NCBI GenBank assembly: GCA_963724445.1
Contig: CAVRWR010000029.1
Span: 12,391-76,390, forward strand
Origin: an uncultured cyanobacterium
Lineage (GTDB): Bacteria; Cyanobacteriota; Cyanobacteriia; Cyanobacteriales; Xenococcaceae
DNA length: 64,000 nt
Direction of reading: 5' to 3'
The notes beneath the pieces were generated by a model. It was not told the DNA's origin, searched no databases, and was given only the letters and a program-made list of their open reading frames with translations. Numbering within the stretch: the stretch's first letter is position 1; each line of letters begins with the position of its first letter. Shown here piece by piece: positions 10,494-22,059 of this stretch. A program made the translations under genes and the position numbers.

Positions 10494-11840
10494 ATGCGTG
10501 TATGCGTTATTGGTACTGGATATGTCGGCTTGGTAACAGGTGTTTGCCTATCTCATATCGGACATGATGTAATCTGTGTTGATAACAACGAAGAAAAAGT
10601 CAAGTTAATGCAGTCAGGACAATCGCCGATCTATGAACCTGGCTTGTCTGAATTGATGAAGTCTTCGGCTGAATCTGGTAAATTAACCTTTACTTCTGAC
10701 TTATCTAAGGGTGTAGCTCATGGAGAAATTTTATACATTGCCGTAGGCACTCCTCCATTACCAACAGGAGAAAGTGACACTCGTTATGTAGAAGCCGTGG
10801 CTCGTGGCATTGGTACTCACCTAAAGAATGAGTATAAGGTAATCGTTAACAAGTCTACCGTACCTATTGGTTCTGGTGATTGGGTCAGAATGATTGTGCT
10901 TGATGGCAATAAAGAGTCAGGCAGCAATATTGAGCCTGTATTTGATGTTGTCAGTAATCCTGAGTTTTTACGGGAAGGTTCGGCGGTATACGATACTTTT
11001 AATCCCGATCGCATTGTTCTTGGAGGCAACAGTGAAAAAGCGATCGCCATGATGCAGGAACTTTATGCTCCTCTAGTCACCAGAGAATTTGCCGAAGATA
11101 AATCTCTACCCGAAGTTCCAATAGTCGTTACAGATCTCAGTTCGGCAGAGATGATTAAATATGCTGCCAATTCATTTCTCGCTACTAAAATCAGCTTTAT
11201 CAATGAAGTAGCCAATATTTGCGATCGCGTTGGTGCCGATGTGACTCAGGTGGCAAAGGGTATTGGTCTTGATTCTCGGATTGGCGGTAAATTCCTGGAT
11301 GCGGGAATTGGTTGGGGTGGTTCTTGTTTTCCTAAAGATGTTTCGGCTTTGGTACATACTGCGGATGACTACAATTACGATTCGGAACTATTAAAAGCGG
11401 CAATCAACGTTAATCAACGTCAGCGTTTGTTGGCTTTAGAAAAGCTGCAAAATGAGCTAAAGATTCTCAAAGGAAAAACTATTGGTCTTTTGGGTCTGAC
11501 CTTTAAGCCAGATACTGACGATATGAGAGATGCCCCCGCATTAGATTTAATCGAACAGCTCAATCGCTTAGGGGCAAGAGTAAAAGCCTACGATCCGATC
11601 GTTTCTCAATCAGGTTTAAGTCACGGTCTTTCTAATGTAATCATTGAGACTAACGCGGAAATGCTGGCAGATAGCTGTGACGCTTTGGTTTTAGTCACCA
11701 ACTGGAAAGAATTTCTCAAACTAGACCTGCCCAAAATGGCTAAGTTGATGAGCAACCCTTTGATTATTGATGGACGTAATTTCTTAGACCGTGAAGCAGT
11801 GCAGGCTGCTGGTATTCGCTATATCGGCATGGGTCGTTAA
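10494..11840 (+). CDS. ugd: UDP-glucose 6-dehydrogenase
   Basis: GTGYVGL, NKSTVP, SNPEFLREG, GWGGSCFPKD. Confidence 0.95.
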   Translation: MRVCVIGTGYVGLVTGVCLSHIGHDVICVDNNEEKVKLMQSGQSPIYEPGLSELMKSSAESGKLTFTSDLSKGVAHGEILYIAVGTPPLPTGESDTRYVEAVARGIGTHLKNEYKVIVNKSTVPIGSGDWVRMIVLDGNKESGSNIEPVFDVVSNPEFLREGSAVYDTFNPDRIVLGGNSEKAIAMMQELYAPLVTREFAEDKSLPEVPIVVTDLSSAEMIKYAANSFLATKISFINEVANICDRVGADVTQVAKGIGLDSRIGGKFLDAGIGWGGSCFPKDVSALVHTADDYNYDSELLKAAINVNQRQRLLALEKLQNELKILKGKTIGLLGLTFKPDTDDMRDAPALDLIEQLNRLGARVKAYDPIVSQSGLSHGLSNVIIETNAEMLADSCDALVLVTNWKEFLKLDLPKMAKLMSNPLIIDGRNFLDREAVQAAGIRYIGMGR

Positions 11841-11917
11841 ATCCTCAGTCTGAGTAATATTCAGATTTTATTCAACAATATAAATTATAAATTGAATAAG
11901 TCTTATCCTATTGATAC

Positions 11918-11952
11918 TGCAAAGTGGAGTTTTTCTGCTTTGCATTTTTTTT
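11918..11952 (+). terminator. Intrinsic terminator after ugd
   Basis: tgcaaagtggag-tttt-tctgctttgca stem-loop plus T8. Confidence 0.7.
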
Positions 11953-12159
11953 GCTTAACTTCTTCTGAGTCGAGCTAAAAACGTCAAGGCGATCGCCGTT
12001 ATCAAAATGTTGGCTATTAGCTTTACTCTTTATTCAGGCTTTTTGGGCGGATTTATCTTGTCCTGATGCTAACCCAATCTTAAAATATCAACCTTCATGC
12101 AGTAAAAGTATGTTGTTCATGTAAAAAGAACATTAATATGGCTCGATCGCTAGGTTTTG

Positions 12160-12173
12160 GTAACAAAATATAC
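12160..12173 (+). promoter_or_regulatory. NtcA binding site
   Basis: GTAACAAAATATAC fits the GTA-N8-TAC consensus, about 250 nt upstream of nrtP-narB; no clean TAN3T -10 box seen at the canonical spacing. Confidence 0.75.
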
Positions 12174-12422
12174 GATAAAACCTTTTTTTAAATGCAACTA
12201 TTACCTCAAGATCAATACATCTTAAGGACTATATTTAGTTTGACTTAGTTCTTTGGCTAGAAATAAATAGAGATAGGCAATTTAGTTAACAGCTATCAAC
12301 CAAAAATCAAAGGTTATTAAAAAGCCAAAATATAGATATTTATAGTTGTGTATGACTTGAATTTAGATCTCTAAAATCTAACTTATAACTATGGTAATTT
12401 TTGACAATCAGGAAGGTAATTA

Positions 12423-13984
12423 ATGCTCGGAGAAATGTGGCAATTCAGGGGTAGATATAAAATACTCCATATGACTTGGTTTGCATTCTTTTTATCGTTT
12501 GTAGTTTGGTTCAATCTCCCTCCTTTGGCTACTACTATTAAAGCCGACATGGGTTTGACAGGAGAACAGATTAAAACCTTGGCTATTTGTAACGTAGCTT
12601 TAACTGTTCCCGCGCGGATTATTATTGGGATGCTGTTAGATAAGTTTGGTCCCAGACTAACTTACTCTCTGCTATTAATTTATGCAGCAATTCCCTGTAT
12701 TATGTTTGCCTCAGCCAAAATTTTAACCAGCTAGTTATTTCTCGTTTGCTAATGGGTATTGTCGGTGCAGGATTTGTCATTGGTATTCGGATGGTAGCCG
12801 AGTGGTTTCCCCCCAAGGAGATTGGTTTAGCGGAAGGAATCTACGGCGGTTGGGGTAACTTTGGTTCTGCATTCTCTGCCTTTACTTTACCGACAGTTGC
12901 TGGTTGGTTCGCTTTGGGTGCTCCAGGTACAGATCTTAACTGGCGTGCTTGTATTGCTGGTACGGGAATTATTGCTGCATTGTACGGGATATTTTACTTC
13001 TTTAACGCTAAAGATACGCCCCCAGGCAAAGTTTACCGTCGCCCTAAAAGTGCTAGAGGTTTGGAAGTTACCAGCAAGAAAGACTTTTGGTTCTTGTTGC
13101 TGATGAACGTTCCTCTGACTGGAATTTTAATGCTCGTTGCTTGGCGTTTAATGAAGCTGGGGCTATATGGCACAGGCACGATGTACATTGTCTGGCTGGC
13201 TTTGCTCGGCTTGTATTTATTCCAGGCCTTCAACTGCTGGGCAGTTAATAAAGACTTGATGACAGGGAAGAAACGTTACCCTGCTGAAGATCGCTATAAC
13301 TTTTCTCAGGTGGCAATATTAGAGCTTACCTACATTGTCAACTTTGGTTCAGAATTAGCTGTGGTTTCGATGCTACCTGCCTTCTTTCAAGGAACATTTA
13401 CTTTACCTGCTGCTGCTGCTGGAATGATTGCTTCAAGCTATGCCTTTATGAACTTGGCTGCTCGTCCTGGTGGGGGTCTGATTTCTGATAAATTGGGTAG
13501 TCGAAAGCTTACTATGGGTGTGCTTACTGGCTGTATGGGTATTGGCTATCTACTTCTGAGTCAAGTAGGAAGTGGCTGGTTTTTACCCGCTGCGGTCGCC
13601 TTGACTATGGCTTGTTCTTTCTTTGTCCAGGCAGGGGAGGGTTCTACCTTTTCTATCGTTCCTTTAGTTAAAAAGCGGGTAACTGGTCAGATTGCTGGTA
13701 ATGTAGGAGCCTATGGTAACGTTGGCGCAGTGGCTTATTTGACTATTTTTAGCTTGCTTCCTGGTTGGTTAGGTGGTGGTGCAGATCCTACCCCTGCTAT
13801 TGAAGCGGCAGCTAACGTACGCTTTTTCCAAATTATGGGCGTGGCAGCGTTAGTCGTGTCTGCATTATGCTTTGTGGTACTTAAAGAGCCTAAAGGTTCA
13901 TTTGCCGATGCTCATCATGACGAAGATCGTGAAATAAACGCCACACCTAATCTCGATCCAGCATTAGAAGTAGAAAAGATCTAG
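12423..13984 (+). CDS. nrtP: Nitrate/nitrite MFS permease NrtP, frameshift near 12716
   Basis: LHMTWFAFFLSFVVWF, GIYGGWGNFG and FFVQAGEGS nitrate-porter signatures; adjacent to narB; one missing base joins the two ORFs (AQNFNQLVISRLLMG). Confidence 0.92.
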
Positions 13985-14006
13985 GTATCAATCCTGCTAA
14001 GTGTTG

Positions 14007-14053
14007 AGTGCTGAGAACATATATTCAAATATGTGTTTTCTCAGTACTTTTTT
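14007..14053 (+). terminator. Strong hairpin plus T-tract between nrtP and narB
   Basis: agtgctgagaacatat...atatgtgttttctcagtact followed by a T run. Confidence 0.65.
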
Positions 14054-14213
14054 GCTTTGAGCAAAAGAATTTAAAAAATCTTTATTTTAGTATTATTGCC
14101 CACAGTAGTTTAGGGTCATGATCCAATACAAGTGATTAGTAGAACATAATAATAATAAAAATTATTTATTTAAGCATTAACATTTGACGACATTCAACCT
14201 GGAGAAAAGCAAA

Positions 14214-16544
14214 GTGAGCGAACCGATTAAAACCTTGTGTCCCTATTGTGGAGTTGGCTGTGGTTTAGAAGTTATGGCTCCTGCACAATTGGGCAAAGCT
14301 ACTAATAGAGATAATCAAGGAAACCTGTTGTGGCAAGTTAGAGGCGATCGCGCTCATCCCTCCAGCAAAGGTAAAGTCTGTGTCAAAGGTGCTACTGTTG
14401 CCGAATCTTTAGATAAAAACCGTCTTAAATATCCGATGATGCGGGATTCTTTGGATCGAGAATTTCGTCGCGTTAGCTGGGAAGTTGCTTTAGATCGAAT
14501 TGTGGATCGAATTGAGCAAGTAAGAAATACTCAGGGTGCAGATGGGATCTGTATGTATGGTTCGGGGCAGTTTCAAACCGAAGATTATTATGTTGCTCAA
14601 AAGCTGCTTAAAGGCTGTCTGGGTACAAATAATTTTGATGCCAATTCTCGTCTCTGTATGTCCTCAGCCGTGGCGGGCTATATTCAAAGCCTTGGTTCAG
14701 ATGGGCCACCCTCCTGTTATGACGATCTGGAGTTAACTGACTGTGCTTTCCTCATTGGCACTAACACCGCTGAATGTCATCCCATTGTTTATAATCGCCT
14801 GCGGTTACACCACAAGAAAAACCGCAAGGTTAAAATGATCGTTGTCGATCCACGTCAAACTAAAACAGCCAAGGATGCCGATCTTCATTTAGCTATCCAG
14901 CCAGGTACGGATATGGATTTACTCAACGGCATTGCTCATTTACTTCTTCGCTGGGGCGAACTTGATACTTACTTTATTGACGAATGTACCCAAGGTTTTA
15001 GTAATTATGTGCAGGTTGTCCAGCAATATCCCCCAGAATTAGTTGCTCGTCGCTGCGGTATTCGGATCGATCATTTAGAGCAAGCAGCCCGTTATTGGGC
15101 AGAATCAGAGAAAGTTCTGTCGATGTGGTCGATGGGAGTGAATCAGTCTTCTGAGGGAACAGCTAAGGTTAGCACCATTATTAATTTGCACCTAATGACG
15201 GGGAACATTGGTAAACCTGGGGCAGGACCATTTTCTTTGACAGGGCAGCCTAACGCCATGGGCGGTAGAGAAGCAGGCGGTTTATCTCATATCTTGCCTG
15301 GTTATCGCGTAGTCAAAAATCCTAGCCATCGGGCGGAGTTAGAACAAGCTTGGCAGTTGCCCCCAGGTAGGATTAATCCTGTTCCTGGTCGAGATGCCTG
15401 GAGGATGATTACAGGCTTGGAAACAGGAGATGTGGGTTTGTTGTGGGTAGCAGCTACAAATCCTGCGGTGAGCATGCCCGATTTAGTCAGAACCAAAAAA
15501 GCTTTGCTGCGATCGCCTTTTACCATCGTTCAGGATGCTTATTATCCTTTAGAAACAGCCAGCTTTGCTCATGTAGTCTTACCCGCCGCCCAATGGGGAG
15601 AAAAAACGGGGACGATGACCAATTCAGAAAGAGTGGTTACCTTATGTCCAAAGTTTCGCAATGCTCCAGGGGAGGCAAGACCAGACTGGGAAATATTTGC
15701 TGAAGTTGGTCGTCGCCTAGGCTTTACGAAGGAATTCGACTTTACTGATTCCGCCCAAGTATATCAAGAATTTGTCCAGTTAACTCAAGGTCGTCCTTGT
15801 GATATGAGCGGCTTGACTCACGGGAGATTACGCCAGCAAGGACCGATACAGTGGCCTTGTCCTCTTCGTGAAGCCAAACAGGATTCAAACAGTATTGCTT
15901 TGATCTGTAGCACGGAAAGAAATGCTGCGGCAAACCATGAAGAAGCAAAAGGTTTATTCTCCAATTTGTTCCGAGAAAAAGATGAAATTCCCCAAGCCAA
16001 AAGACTTTACACCGATGGCAGATTTAATACTGCCGATGGTCGAGCCAAGTTTGTGGCATTCCATTCTCAAGGACTTGCCGAACCTATCCACCCTAGCTAT
16101 CCCTTTGTCTTAACCATTGGTCGTCTTTATGAACACTGGCACACCATGACCCGTACAGGTCGCATTGAGAAGATCATGAAAAAGCAGCCTCAGCCATTCA
16201 TGGAAATTAATCCTAAAGATGCTGATAAGCTTGGCATCGAAGCAAAAACGATGGTAGAGGTGCGATCGCGCCGAGGTGTAGCCTGCTTTACCGCCAGAAT
16301 AACCACAGCGATTATTCCTGGTACGGTATTTGTGCCAATGCATTGGGGTGCATTGTGGACTGATAATGGGGAGGCAAACCTACTTACTCACCCAGAAAGC
16401 TGTCCGATTTCCTTACAGCCTGAACTCAAAGCCTGTGCTGTAAATTTAACCCCGATCGAGTTAGAAGACTTGCCAAGAAATCAAAAATCCCGTCAAGCTT
16501 CACCTGATTTAATTGAAAAGTCGGTATCAGTATCTAAAACTTAA
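14214..16544 (+). CDS. narB: Ferredoxin-nitrate reductase
   Basis: CPYCGVGCG...VCVKG 4Fe-4S motif, [32 protein letters not shown]; GTG at 14214 after GGAG. Confidence 0.96.
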   Translation: MSEPIKTLCPYCGVGCGLEVMAPAQLGKATNRDNQGNLLWQVRGDRAHPSSKGKVCVKGATVAESLDKNRLKYPMMRDSLDREFRRVSWEVALDRIVDRIEQVRNTQGADGICMYGSGQFQTEDYYVAQKLLKGCLGTNNFDANSRLCMSSAVAGYIQSLGSDGPPSCYDDLELTDCAFLIGTNTAECHPIVYNRLRLHHKKNRKVKMIVVDPRQTKTAKDADLHLAIQPGTDMDLLNGIAHLLLRWGELDTYFIDECTQGFSNYVQVVQQYPPELVARRCGIRIDHLEQAARYWAESEKVLSMWSMGVNQSSEGTAKVSTIINLHLMTGNIGKPGAGPFSLTGQPNAMGGREAGGLSHILPGYRVVKNPSHRAELEQAWQLPPGRINPVPGRDAWRMITGLETGDVGLLWVAATNPAVSMPDLVRTKKALLRSPFTIVQDAYYPLETASFAHVVLPAAQWGEKTGTMTNSERVVTLCPKFRNAPGEARPDWEIFAEVGRRLGFTKEFDFTDSAQVYQEFVQLTQGRPCDMSGLTHGRLRQQGPIQWPCPLREAKQDSNSIALICSTERNAAANHEEAKGLFSNLFREKDEIPQAKRLYTDGRFNTADGRAKFVAFHSQGLAEPIHPSYPFVLTIGRLYEHWHTMTRTGRIEKIMKKQPQPFMEINPKDADKLGIEAKTMVEVRSRRGVACFTARITTAIIPGTVFVPMHWGALWTDNGEANLLTHPESCPISLQPELKACAVNLTPIELEDLPRNQKSRQASPDLIEKSVSVSKT

Positions 16545-16560
16545 GTTAAGCCAGTAGCAG

Positions 16561-16977
16561 TTAAGCCAGTAATTTTTTAAAAGATTCTAGAGGCAACTCT
16601 AATGCTTGAGCTGCTTCTCTTAAGTTCTTGAGAAAGCGTTGGGTATCAGTACCAAAACCACATACCTTGGCTGCCGTCTCCACTCCAGCAGAGGCATTAG
16701 CCCGAGCGCAGTCGGTTAGTTCTTCTCCCTCCAGAGGGGATTCTCCTGAAAGCAATCGGCGCTGTGATTCTCCCCAGAAAGCGCTGAGAGTACAAATTTG
16801 TTGGTCGGACTGATGCTTAATTGACCAACGATAGGTAACCTTTTGTGGATTTACCCTAACTTCAACCAATTTCGCGCCCATATAGTACTGCATCTGGTTC
16901 AAGGTTTGCTGTCTAACTTCAAGGGGGTCATTCTTGTTGATAGTTCGCTCTAGATGGGCTTGAGTAGGTTTTGGCAT
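16561..16977 (-). CDS. Hypothetical protein (138 aa)
   Basis: Clean ATG-started ORF, co-oriented downstream of mobA; no motif recognised. Confidence 0.75.
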   Translation of the reverse strand: MPKPTQAHLERTINKNDPLEVRQQTLNQMQYYMGAKLVEVRVNPQKVTYRWSIKHQSDQQICTLSAFWGESQRRLLSGESPLEGEELTDCARANASAGVETAAKVCGFGTDTQRFLKNLREAAQALELPLESFKKLLA

Positions 16978-17040
16978 TATTTGATTTTTGAGAAATTTTT
17001 ACACTACCGATTATTGCCATAATCATTATTTTTTATTATT

Positions 17041-17652
17041 TTATAATTTTTCTGTTTTAAATAATTCCCAATCAGCGGGAGTATTACAGTTAAACAGACA
17101 ATTGCGATCGCCAATTGATAATTCTCGGACAGGATGTTTGGCTAACCAAGATTGAAAAGACTTCCCTCCCTGACAAATATAGTCTGTTAAGGAAGACATA
17201 CAGCTTCGGCGATAAAAACCGCATAGAGGTTCCCATCCTTTGGCATTACGGGGCAAAAGAGCGATTTCTGTGGGGAATACTGTTGCCAATTCCCGCGACC
17301 ACTGTTTTACTTGAGACGAGGATATGCGAGGTAAGTCACAGGCAAGTAATAATGTCCATTCTGTTTCGACTAGCTGCATTCCTTGAGCAAAACCAATTAA
17401 AGGAGTATTTGATTCAGAGCCTAAAACTAGTTGTTCCCTAACTAGTTGACAGCCAGCAGGCAAAACAGCTTGATATTTTTCAATCCAGGGTGTGACTACA
17501 TAGGTTTGCACCGAACATTTACTGGCAACCAGACAAACTTGAGCTAACAAAGTTTTGTCACCTATGTCTAATAGAGCCTTATCTTGCCCCATGCGAGAAC
17601 TTTTCCCTCCAGCCAAGACAATTGCCGTCATCTCTCTTATTGCTTTTGTCAT
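17041..17652 (-). CDS. mobA: Molybdenum cofactor guanylyltransferase
   Basis: LAGGKSSRMGQDKA, LLACDLP, EPLCGFY, FNCNTPAD. Confidence 0.95.
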   Translation of the reverse strand: MTKAIREMTAIVLAGGKSSRMGQDKALLDIGDKTLLAQVCLVASKCSVQTYVVTPWIEKYQAVLPAGCQLVREQLVLGSESNTPLIGFAQGMQLVETEWTLLLACDLPRISSSQVKQWSRELATVFPTEIALLPRNAKGWEPLCGFYRRSCMSSLTDYICQGGKSFQSWLAKHPVRELSIGDRNCLFNCNTPADWELFKTEKL

Positions 17653-17697
17653 TAGGCTTTGATTTTTAAACTAATTTTTAATTCAGGAACAATATCA

Positions 17698-18069
17698 ATG
17701 AGTAATCAAACATTTATCCACAGACAAATAGAGCAGCATCTTCAGCTCTGGATTTATCTCTTACCAGTTGTTGGGGTAATTCCCGCTATTTGGACTTTAT
17801 CTCGATCTCATGACAATAGTGGTATCAATTCTCACCATCGTCAATCAAGTCAGAGACAAAAAGCTAGCCGACTATCAATCAAGCTAATTTTAGTCTGGCT
17901 GAGTTCTTATACTCTGTTTACTTTAAGTGCAGCCAATGCCACTGAAATAATTTCTTTTAGATTACTTTATGCCAATGCAATTATGACGACGGGATACTTT
18001 GTTACCTGCACTTGGCTAATGTCCCGCATCGGCAAAAGAAATTTATTTGGTTCGGAGGAGATCGGCTAA
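17698..18069 (+). CDS. Small hypothetical membrane protein
   Basis: Three hydrophobic segments; ATG at 17698. Confidence 0.7.
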   Translation: MSNQTFIHRQIEQHLQLWIYLLPVVGVIPAIWTLSRSHDNSGINSHHRQSSQRQKASRLSIKLILVWLSSYTLFTLSAANATEIISFRLLYANAIMTTGYFVTCTWLMSRIGKRNLFGSEEIG

Positions 18070-18355
18070 TTTTTACCAATTTGTATGGCAAAATAACACA
18101 TTGTCTGAATTGCCAGTTTGTAAAACCCTCGCTACTCTATTTAAGAAGCTAGAGACCAAGAGCATTTTTAATTAGTAGTAGGTATTAACCGACTAAATAG
18201 GTTGGTAATTCAAATTATTCAGTCAATGATTTGACCAAAGCATTATTTTTGTACTAAATATTTTTTCTAGCAAATAGCTGTTAATATTAATCGAATTATA
18301 CTTGTGATTATACGTATCTTAATTTTTCAGTTAAACAACATAATTTATTCTAATT

Positions 18356-19867
18356 TTGAGAAGAGGGGTTCTAGTGTCAGTCAAAAAAGCTTATCGATCT
18401 ACTCCTTCGGGGAGAAAATCAACTGCTCAATCCAATCTAGTCAACTACTCTCTCAAAAAACCGAAAAAGAAATTGAATAAAGGAAGAGCGATCTTAGTTG
18501 GACTGGGTTTGGCAAGCGTATCCTTGTTGTCCGCAGCAGTCGGTGCTTTTTTGGCTGTATCGGTATCCGAAGTTCCGCCTCTACAACAAACAACCTTAAA
18601 CAGTGAAGAACAGAAGGTTTTTAGTAAAGCAGACACTGTTACTGCCAAGAGCTTAAATTTGCCTGAACTAAAACGTCCTGTAAATATCTTAGTTCTAGGA
18701 ATTAAAGTAATTAGCTCTGACTTAGATAATAGAGGGATTGAATATGAAAAGCAAAATGTTGGCTATCAACATTTAGTCAACTCTTTTGATGGTCTGAGTG
18801 ATAGTATGCTGCTGTTGAGGTTCGATCCCGAAGCAGGTAAAGTTGCGGTACTTTCAATCCCTAGAGACACCCGTATTTATATTAATGGGCATGGAGTTAG
18901 AAAAATCAACAGTGCCAATGAATACGGTGGTCCGGCATTAACCGCCAGCGTAGCCAGTGAATTACTGGGGGGAATTGAGATAGATCGTTATGTAAGAGTC
19001 AATGTTCAGGGGGTAGAAAAGCTGATTGACGCTTTGGGTGGCGTTACGGTGAATGTACCTAAAAACATGAAATATACTGATTTTAGTCAACATCTCTACA
19101 TTGATCTAAAAAAAGGTACTCAACATCTAGATGGTGATAAAGCAATGCAGTTTTTGCGTTACCGTTACGATGGCTATGGTGATATTTCCCGCGTCCAACG
19201 CCAACAAATGTTGATGCGTTCAGCGGTAGAACAAACCCTTAAACCCGCAACGGTCATCAAAGTACCCAAAATACTGTCGGTAATCCAGTCCCACTTAGAT
19301 ACTAATCTAACCGTAAGTGAATTAATGGCTCTGTCAAATTTTGCCTCTCAAATTGACAGATCTAACATCCAAATGATGATGCTTCCAGGAGACTTTAACA
19401 GCCCTGAGGAAAAAGTTAGCTATTGGCTTCCTAACTATCAGAAAATTAATCAGGTGATGACCCAGCACTTTAGCTTGCCCAAAGAATCAGATGATTATGC
19501 GATCGCCGACCATCGATACGCTAGCTTAGAAGGCACATCTGATGTTACTAATCCCCGCATCAGAATTTCCGTTCAAGACAGTACAAAAAGTCAACGGGCA
19601 TTACAGTCTGCTTTAGACATGCTGAGAAAAGCAGGTTATAGCCGAGTAGTTGCCAGTGAAAATTGGCAAGACTCCCTGCCTACTACTAGAGTAATTGCTC
19701 AATCAGGAGATGATGAGTCGGCTCAAGAAGTTCGCTCAATTTTGGGAGTCGGTGAAGTAGTTGTAGAAAGTACAGGGGAGCTAAATTCTGATGTCACGAT
19801 CCAGCTAGGACAAGATTGGAAAAAACGGCTAAATAAGATGATTGAGGCTGGTTTTGAACCACAATAA
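18356..19867 (+). CDS. LCP (LytR-CpsA-Psr) family protein with C-terminal LytR_C domain
   Basis: N-terminal TM, SDSMLLLRF, LSIPRDT, RYRYDGYGDISRVQRQQ, SDVTIQLGQDW. Confidence 0.92.
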   Translation: MRRGVLVSVKKAYRSTPSGRKSTAQSNLVNYSLKKPKKKLNKGRAILVGLGLASVSLLSAAVGAFLAVSVSEVPPLQQTTLNSEEQKVFSKADTVTAKSLNLPELKRPVNILVLGIKVISSDLDNRGIEYEKQNVGYQHLVNSFDGLSDSMLLLRFDPEAGKVAVLSIPRDTRIYINGHGVRKINSANEYGGPALTASVASELLGGIEIDRYVRVNVQGVEKLIDALGGVTVNVPKNMKYTDFSQHLYIDLKKGTQHLDGDKAMQFLRYRYDGYGDISRVQRQQMLMRSAVEQTLKPATVIKVPKILSVIQSHLDTNLTVSELMALSNFASQIDRSNIQMMMLPGDFNSPEEKVSYWLPNYQKINQVMTQHFSLPKESDDYAIADHRYASLEGTSDVTNPRIRISVQDSTKSQRALQSALDMLRKAGYSRVVASENWQDSLPTTRVIAQSGDDESAQEVRSILGVGEVVVESTGELNSDVTIQLGQDWKKRLNKMIEAGFEPQ

Positions 19868-19942
19868 AATCAGCAATCAGTAACTGGTAATCACCAAGAT
19901 TGCTATACTCTTGATTGCCCATATAAAGTTTCAATTCCGATC

Positions 19943-22006
19943 ATGAGCGATCGCCCTGTTCGTAAACGTCTACCCATTCAACGATGGCAAATTGCCTCAC
20001 CCCAGACCAATCGGGCGCAGCAGTTGAGTCTTGCCACGGGTTTATTACCGTTGGTCGCTCAGGTAATGATCAATCGGGATATTGCTACGATCGATGAGGC
20101 TCATACCTATATCGAGCCAGAATCTCAGGATTTACCCTCTCCCCTAGATGAGTTCCCAGATTTAGCCGTCAGCGTTGAGTTGATTAAAAGTGCGATCGCC
20201 CAGGATGAAGCCATTGCTATCTGCGGAGACTATGATGCCGATGGCATGACTAGCACGGCTCTATTGATTCGCGCTCTAAAACATTTGGGAGCAAACGTAG
20301 ATTACGCTATTCCCAGTCGGATGAAAGACGGTTACGGAATTAATAATCGCATTGTCGAGGAATTTGCCGAAAACGGCGTAAGTTTAATTTTAACGGTGGA
20401 TAATGGTATTTCTGCCTATGACCCCGTGGCACGGGCAATTGAGCTAGGATTGAGCGTGATTATTACCGACCATCACGATTTGCCAGAAAAACTTCCTCCC
20501 GCCGATGCAATTCTCAACCCCAAATTGCTAACGGGCAATTCCCCCTATAAAGGTTTGGCAGGGGTTGGAGTGGCTTATATTTTGGCGATCGCAACTGCCC
20601 AAAGCTTAGGCAAATTAAAGGGTCTAACCAATCCGATTATGGAACTGTTCACCCTGGGGACTATTGCCGATCTCGCTCCCTTGACTGGAGTTAACCGTCG
20701 CTGGCTCAAGCGGGGTTTACGAGCTTTACCTAATTCGCAATTATTGGGTATCCAGGCATTGATGGAGGTGGCAGGGATTGATGAAACTCAAAAGCAACTT
20801 AAGCCTGATGATATTGGCTTTCGCTTGGGACCAAGAATTAACGCCGTAGGCAGAATTGGCGATCCGCAGATGGTAATAGAATTATTGACTACCGACGATC
20901 CCCAAATAGCGATGGAAAGAGCCTGGCAATGTGAAGGGATTAATCAACAGCGTCGTCAACTGTGTGAGCAAATCGAGCAAGAAGCGATCGCTTTAGTAGA
21001 AAATACGCCGATTCCCTGGAAGCGCGAGCGCATTTTAGTTGTCGTGGCAGAAGGCTGGCATCATGGGGTAATCGGTATTGTGGCATCTCGTTTGGTAGAA
21101 CGCTATGGTGTACCTGTATTTATTGGGACTTATGAAGATCACGAACCACAGGATAAAGATGCACCAACCTCTCCCAGAATGATCCGTGGTTCAGCAAGAA
21201 GTATTGATGAATTTAATGTGTTTGATGCCCTAAACTATTGTCAAGACTTACTTGGTAAATATGGGGGACATCGCGCCGCAGGAGGCTTTAGTTTTTTAGC
21301 AGATAATCTAGAACAGGTAAAACAAAGACTGAGCGAGTTTGCCCATAAATGCCTGGAAGTAGAACATCTCAAACCACTGGTTAAAATTGATGCTCAAGCC
21401 AGCTTGGGACAGGTAGATTACGAACTCTATCAACAGATCGAGAGTCTTCAGCCTTGGGGAATTGGCAACAGCACCCCTGTATTTTGGACACCGAATGTCA
21501 GAATTGTCGAACAAAGAGCGATCGGTAATACACAGGCTCATCTGAAGCTTACTCTACAAGAAGCTAATTCCTCTACTCAAATTAAGGCTCTTGCCTGGCG
21601 TTGGGGAGAATATTGCCCCTTACCAGAATGTTTAGATATTGCTTACAAACTCAAAGAAAATCATTGGCAAGGTAATACTCATATTGAACTTGAGCTGGTG
21701 GGAGTTAAACTGCCTCAACAACCCAGCAATGGTATTACTTCGTTAACGAACAAGACGACTGTAACCAACAACGACAAGGTACAGAAAGCTGTGTTTACTC
21801 ACAGTGGCAGAATCTATGTGTGCAGTAAAACAGTTAAGGAGCTACGAATTAGAAACGATCGCGGTAATATTTTAGCCGTCAGTCAAGGCGATCGCTCTGG
21901 CTTATTAGGTAAATCAAGAGAAGTCGCAAAACAGGTCAATGTCACCCAAGCACCATATTTTCAGTTAATCAAGGCTGCATTAAAGGCGATCGAAGAAGAT
22001 AAATAA
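19943..22006 (+). CDS. recJ: Single-stranded DNA exonuclease RecJ
   Basis: GDYDADG, TVDNG, ITDHH, GTIADLAPL, GGHRAAGG. Confidence 0.96.
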   Translation: MSDRPVRKRLPIQRWQIASPQTNRAQQLSLATGLLPLVAQVMINRDIATIDEAHTYIEPESQDLPSPLDEFPDLAVSVELIKSAIAQDEAIAICGDYDADGMTSTALLIRALKHLGANVDYAIPSRMKDGYGINNRIVEEFAENGVSLILTVDNGISAYDPVARAIELGLSVIITDHHDLPEKLPPADAILNPKLLTGNSPYKGLAGVGVAYILAIATAQSLGKLKGLTNPIMELFTLGTIADLAPLTGVNRRWLKRGLRALPNSQLLGIQALMEVAGIDETQKQLKPDDIGFRLGPRINAVGRIGDPQMVIELLTTDDPQIAMERAWQCEGINQQRRQLCEQIEQEAIALVENTPIPWKRERILVVVAEGWHHGVIGIVASRLVERYGVPVFIGTYEDHEPQDKDAPTSPRMIRGSARSIDEFNVFDALNYCQDLLGKYGGHRAAGGFSFLADNLEQVKQRLSEFAHKCLEVEHLKPLVKIDAQASLGQVDYELYQQIESLQPWGIGNSTPVFWTPNVRIVEQRAIGNTQAHLKLTLQEANSSTQIKALAWRWGEYCPLPECLDIAYKLKENHWQGNTHIELELVGVKLPQQPSNGITSLTNKTTVTNNDKVQKAVFTHSGRIYVCSKTVKELRIRNDRGNILAVSQGDRSGLLGKSREVAKQVNVTQAPYFQLIKAALKAIEEDK

Positions 22007-22026
22007 AATCCACAATCAAATTTACT

Positions 22027-22051
22027 GTAGAGACGTAGTATATTACGCCTC
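22027..22051 (+). repeat. Degenerate REP-like palindrome
   Basis: gtagagacgtagtatattacgcctc resembles the cyanobacterial GTAGAGACG...CGTCTCTAC repeat type. Confidence 0.55.
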
Positions 22052-22059
22052 AAAGAAGT

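Noticed and set aside
16561-16977. Calling this ORF narM
   Set aside because: Position is suggestive but the sequence lacks the NarM motifs I recall
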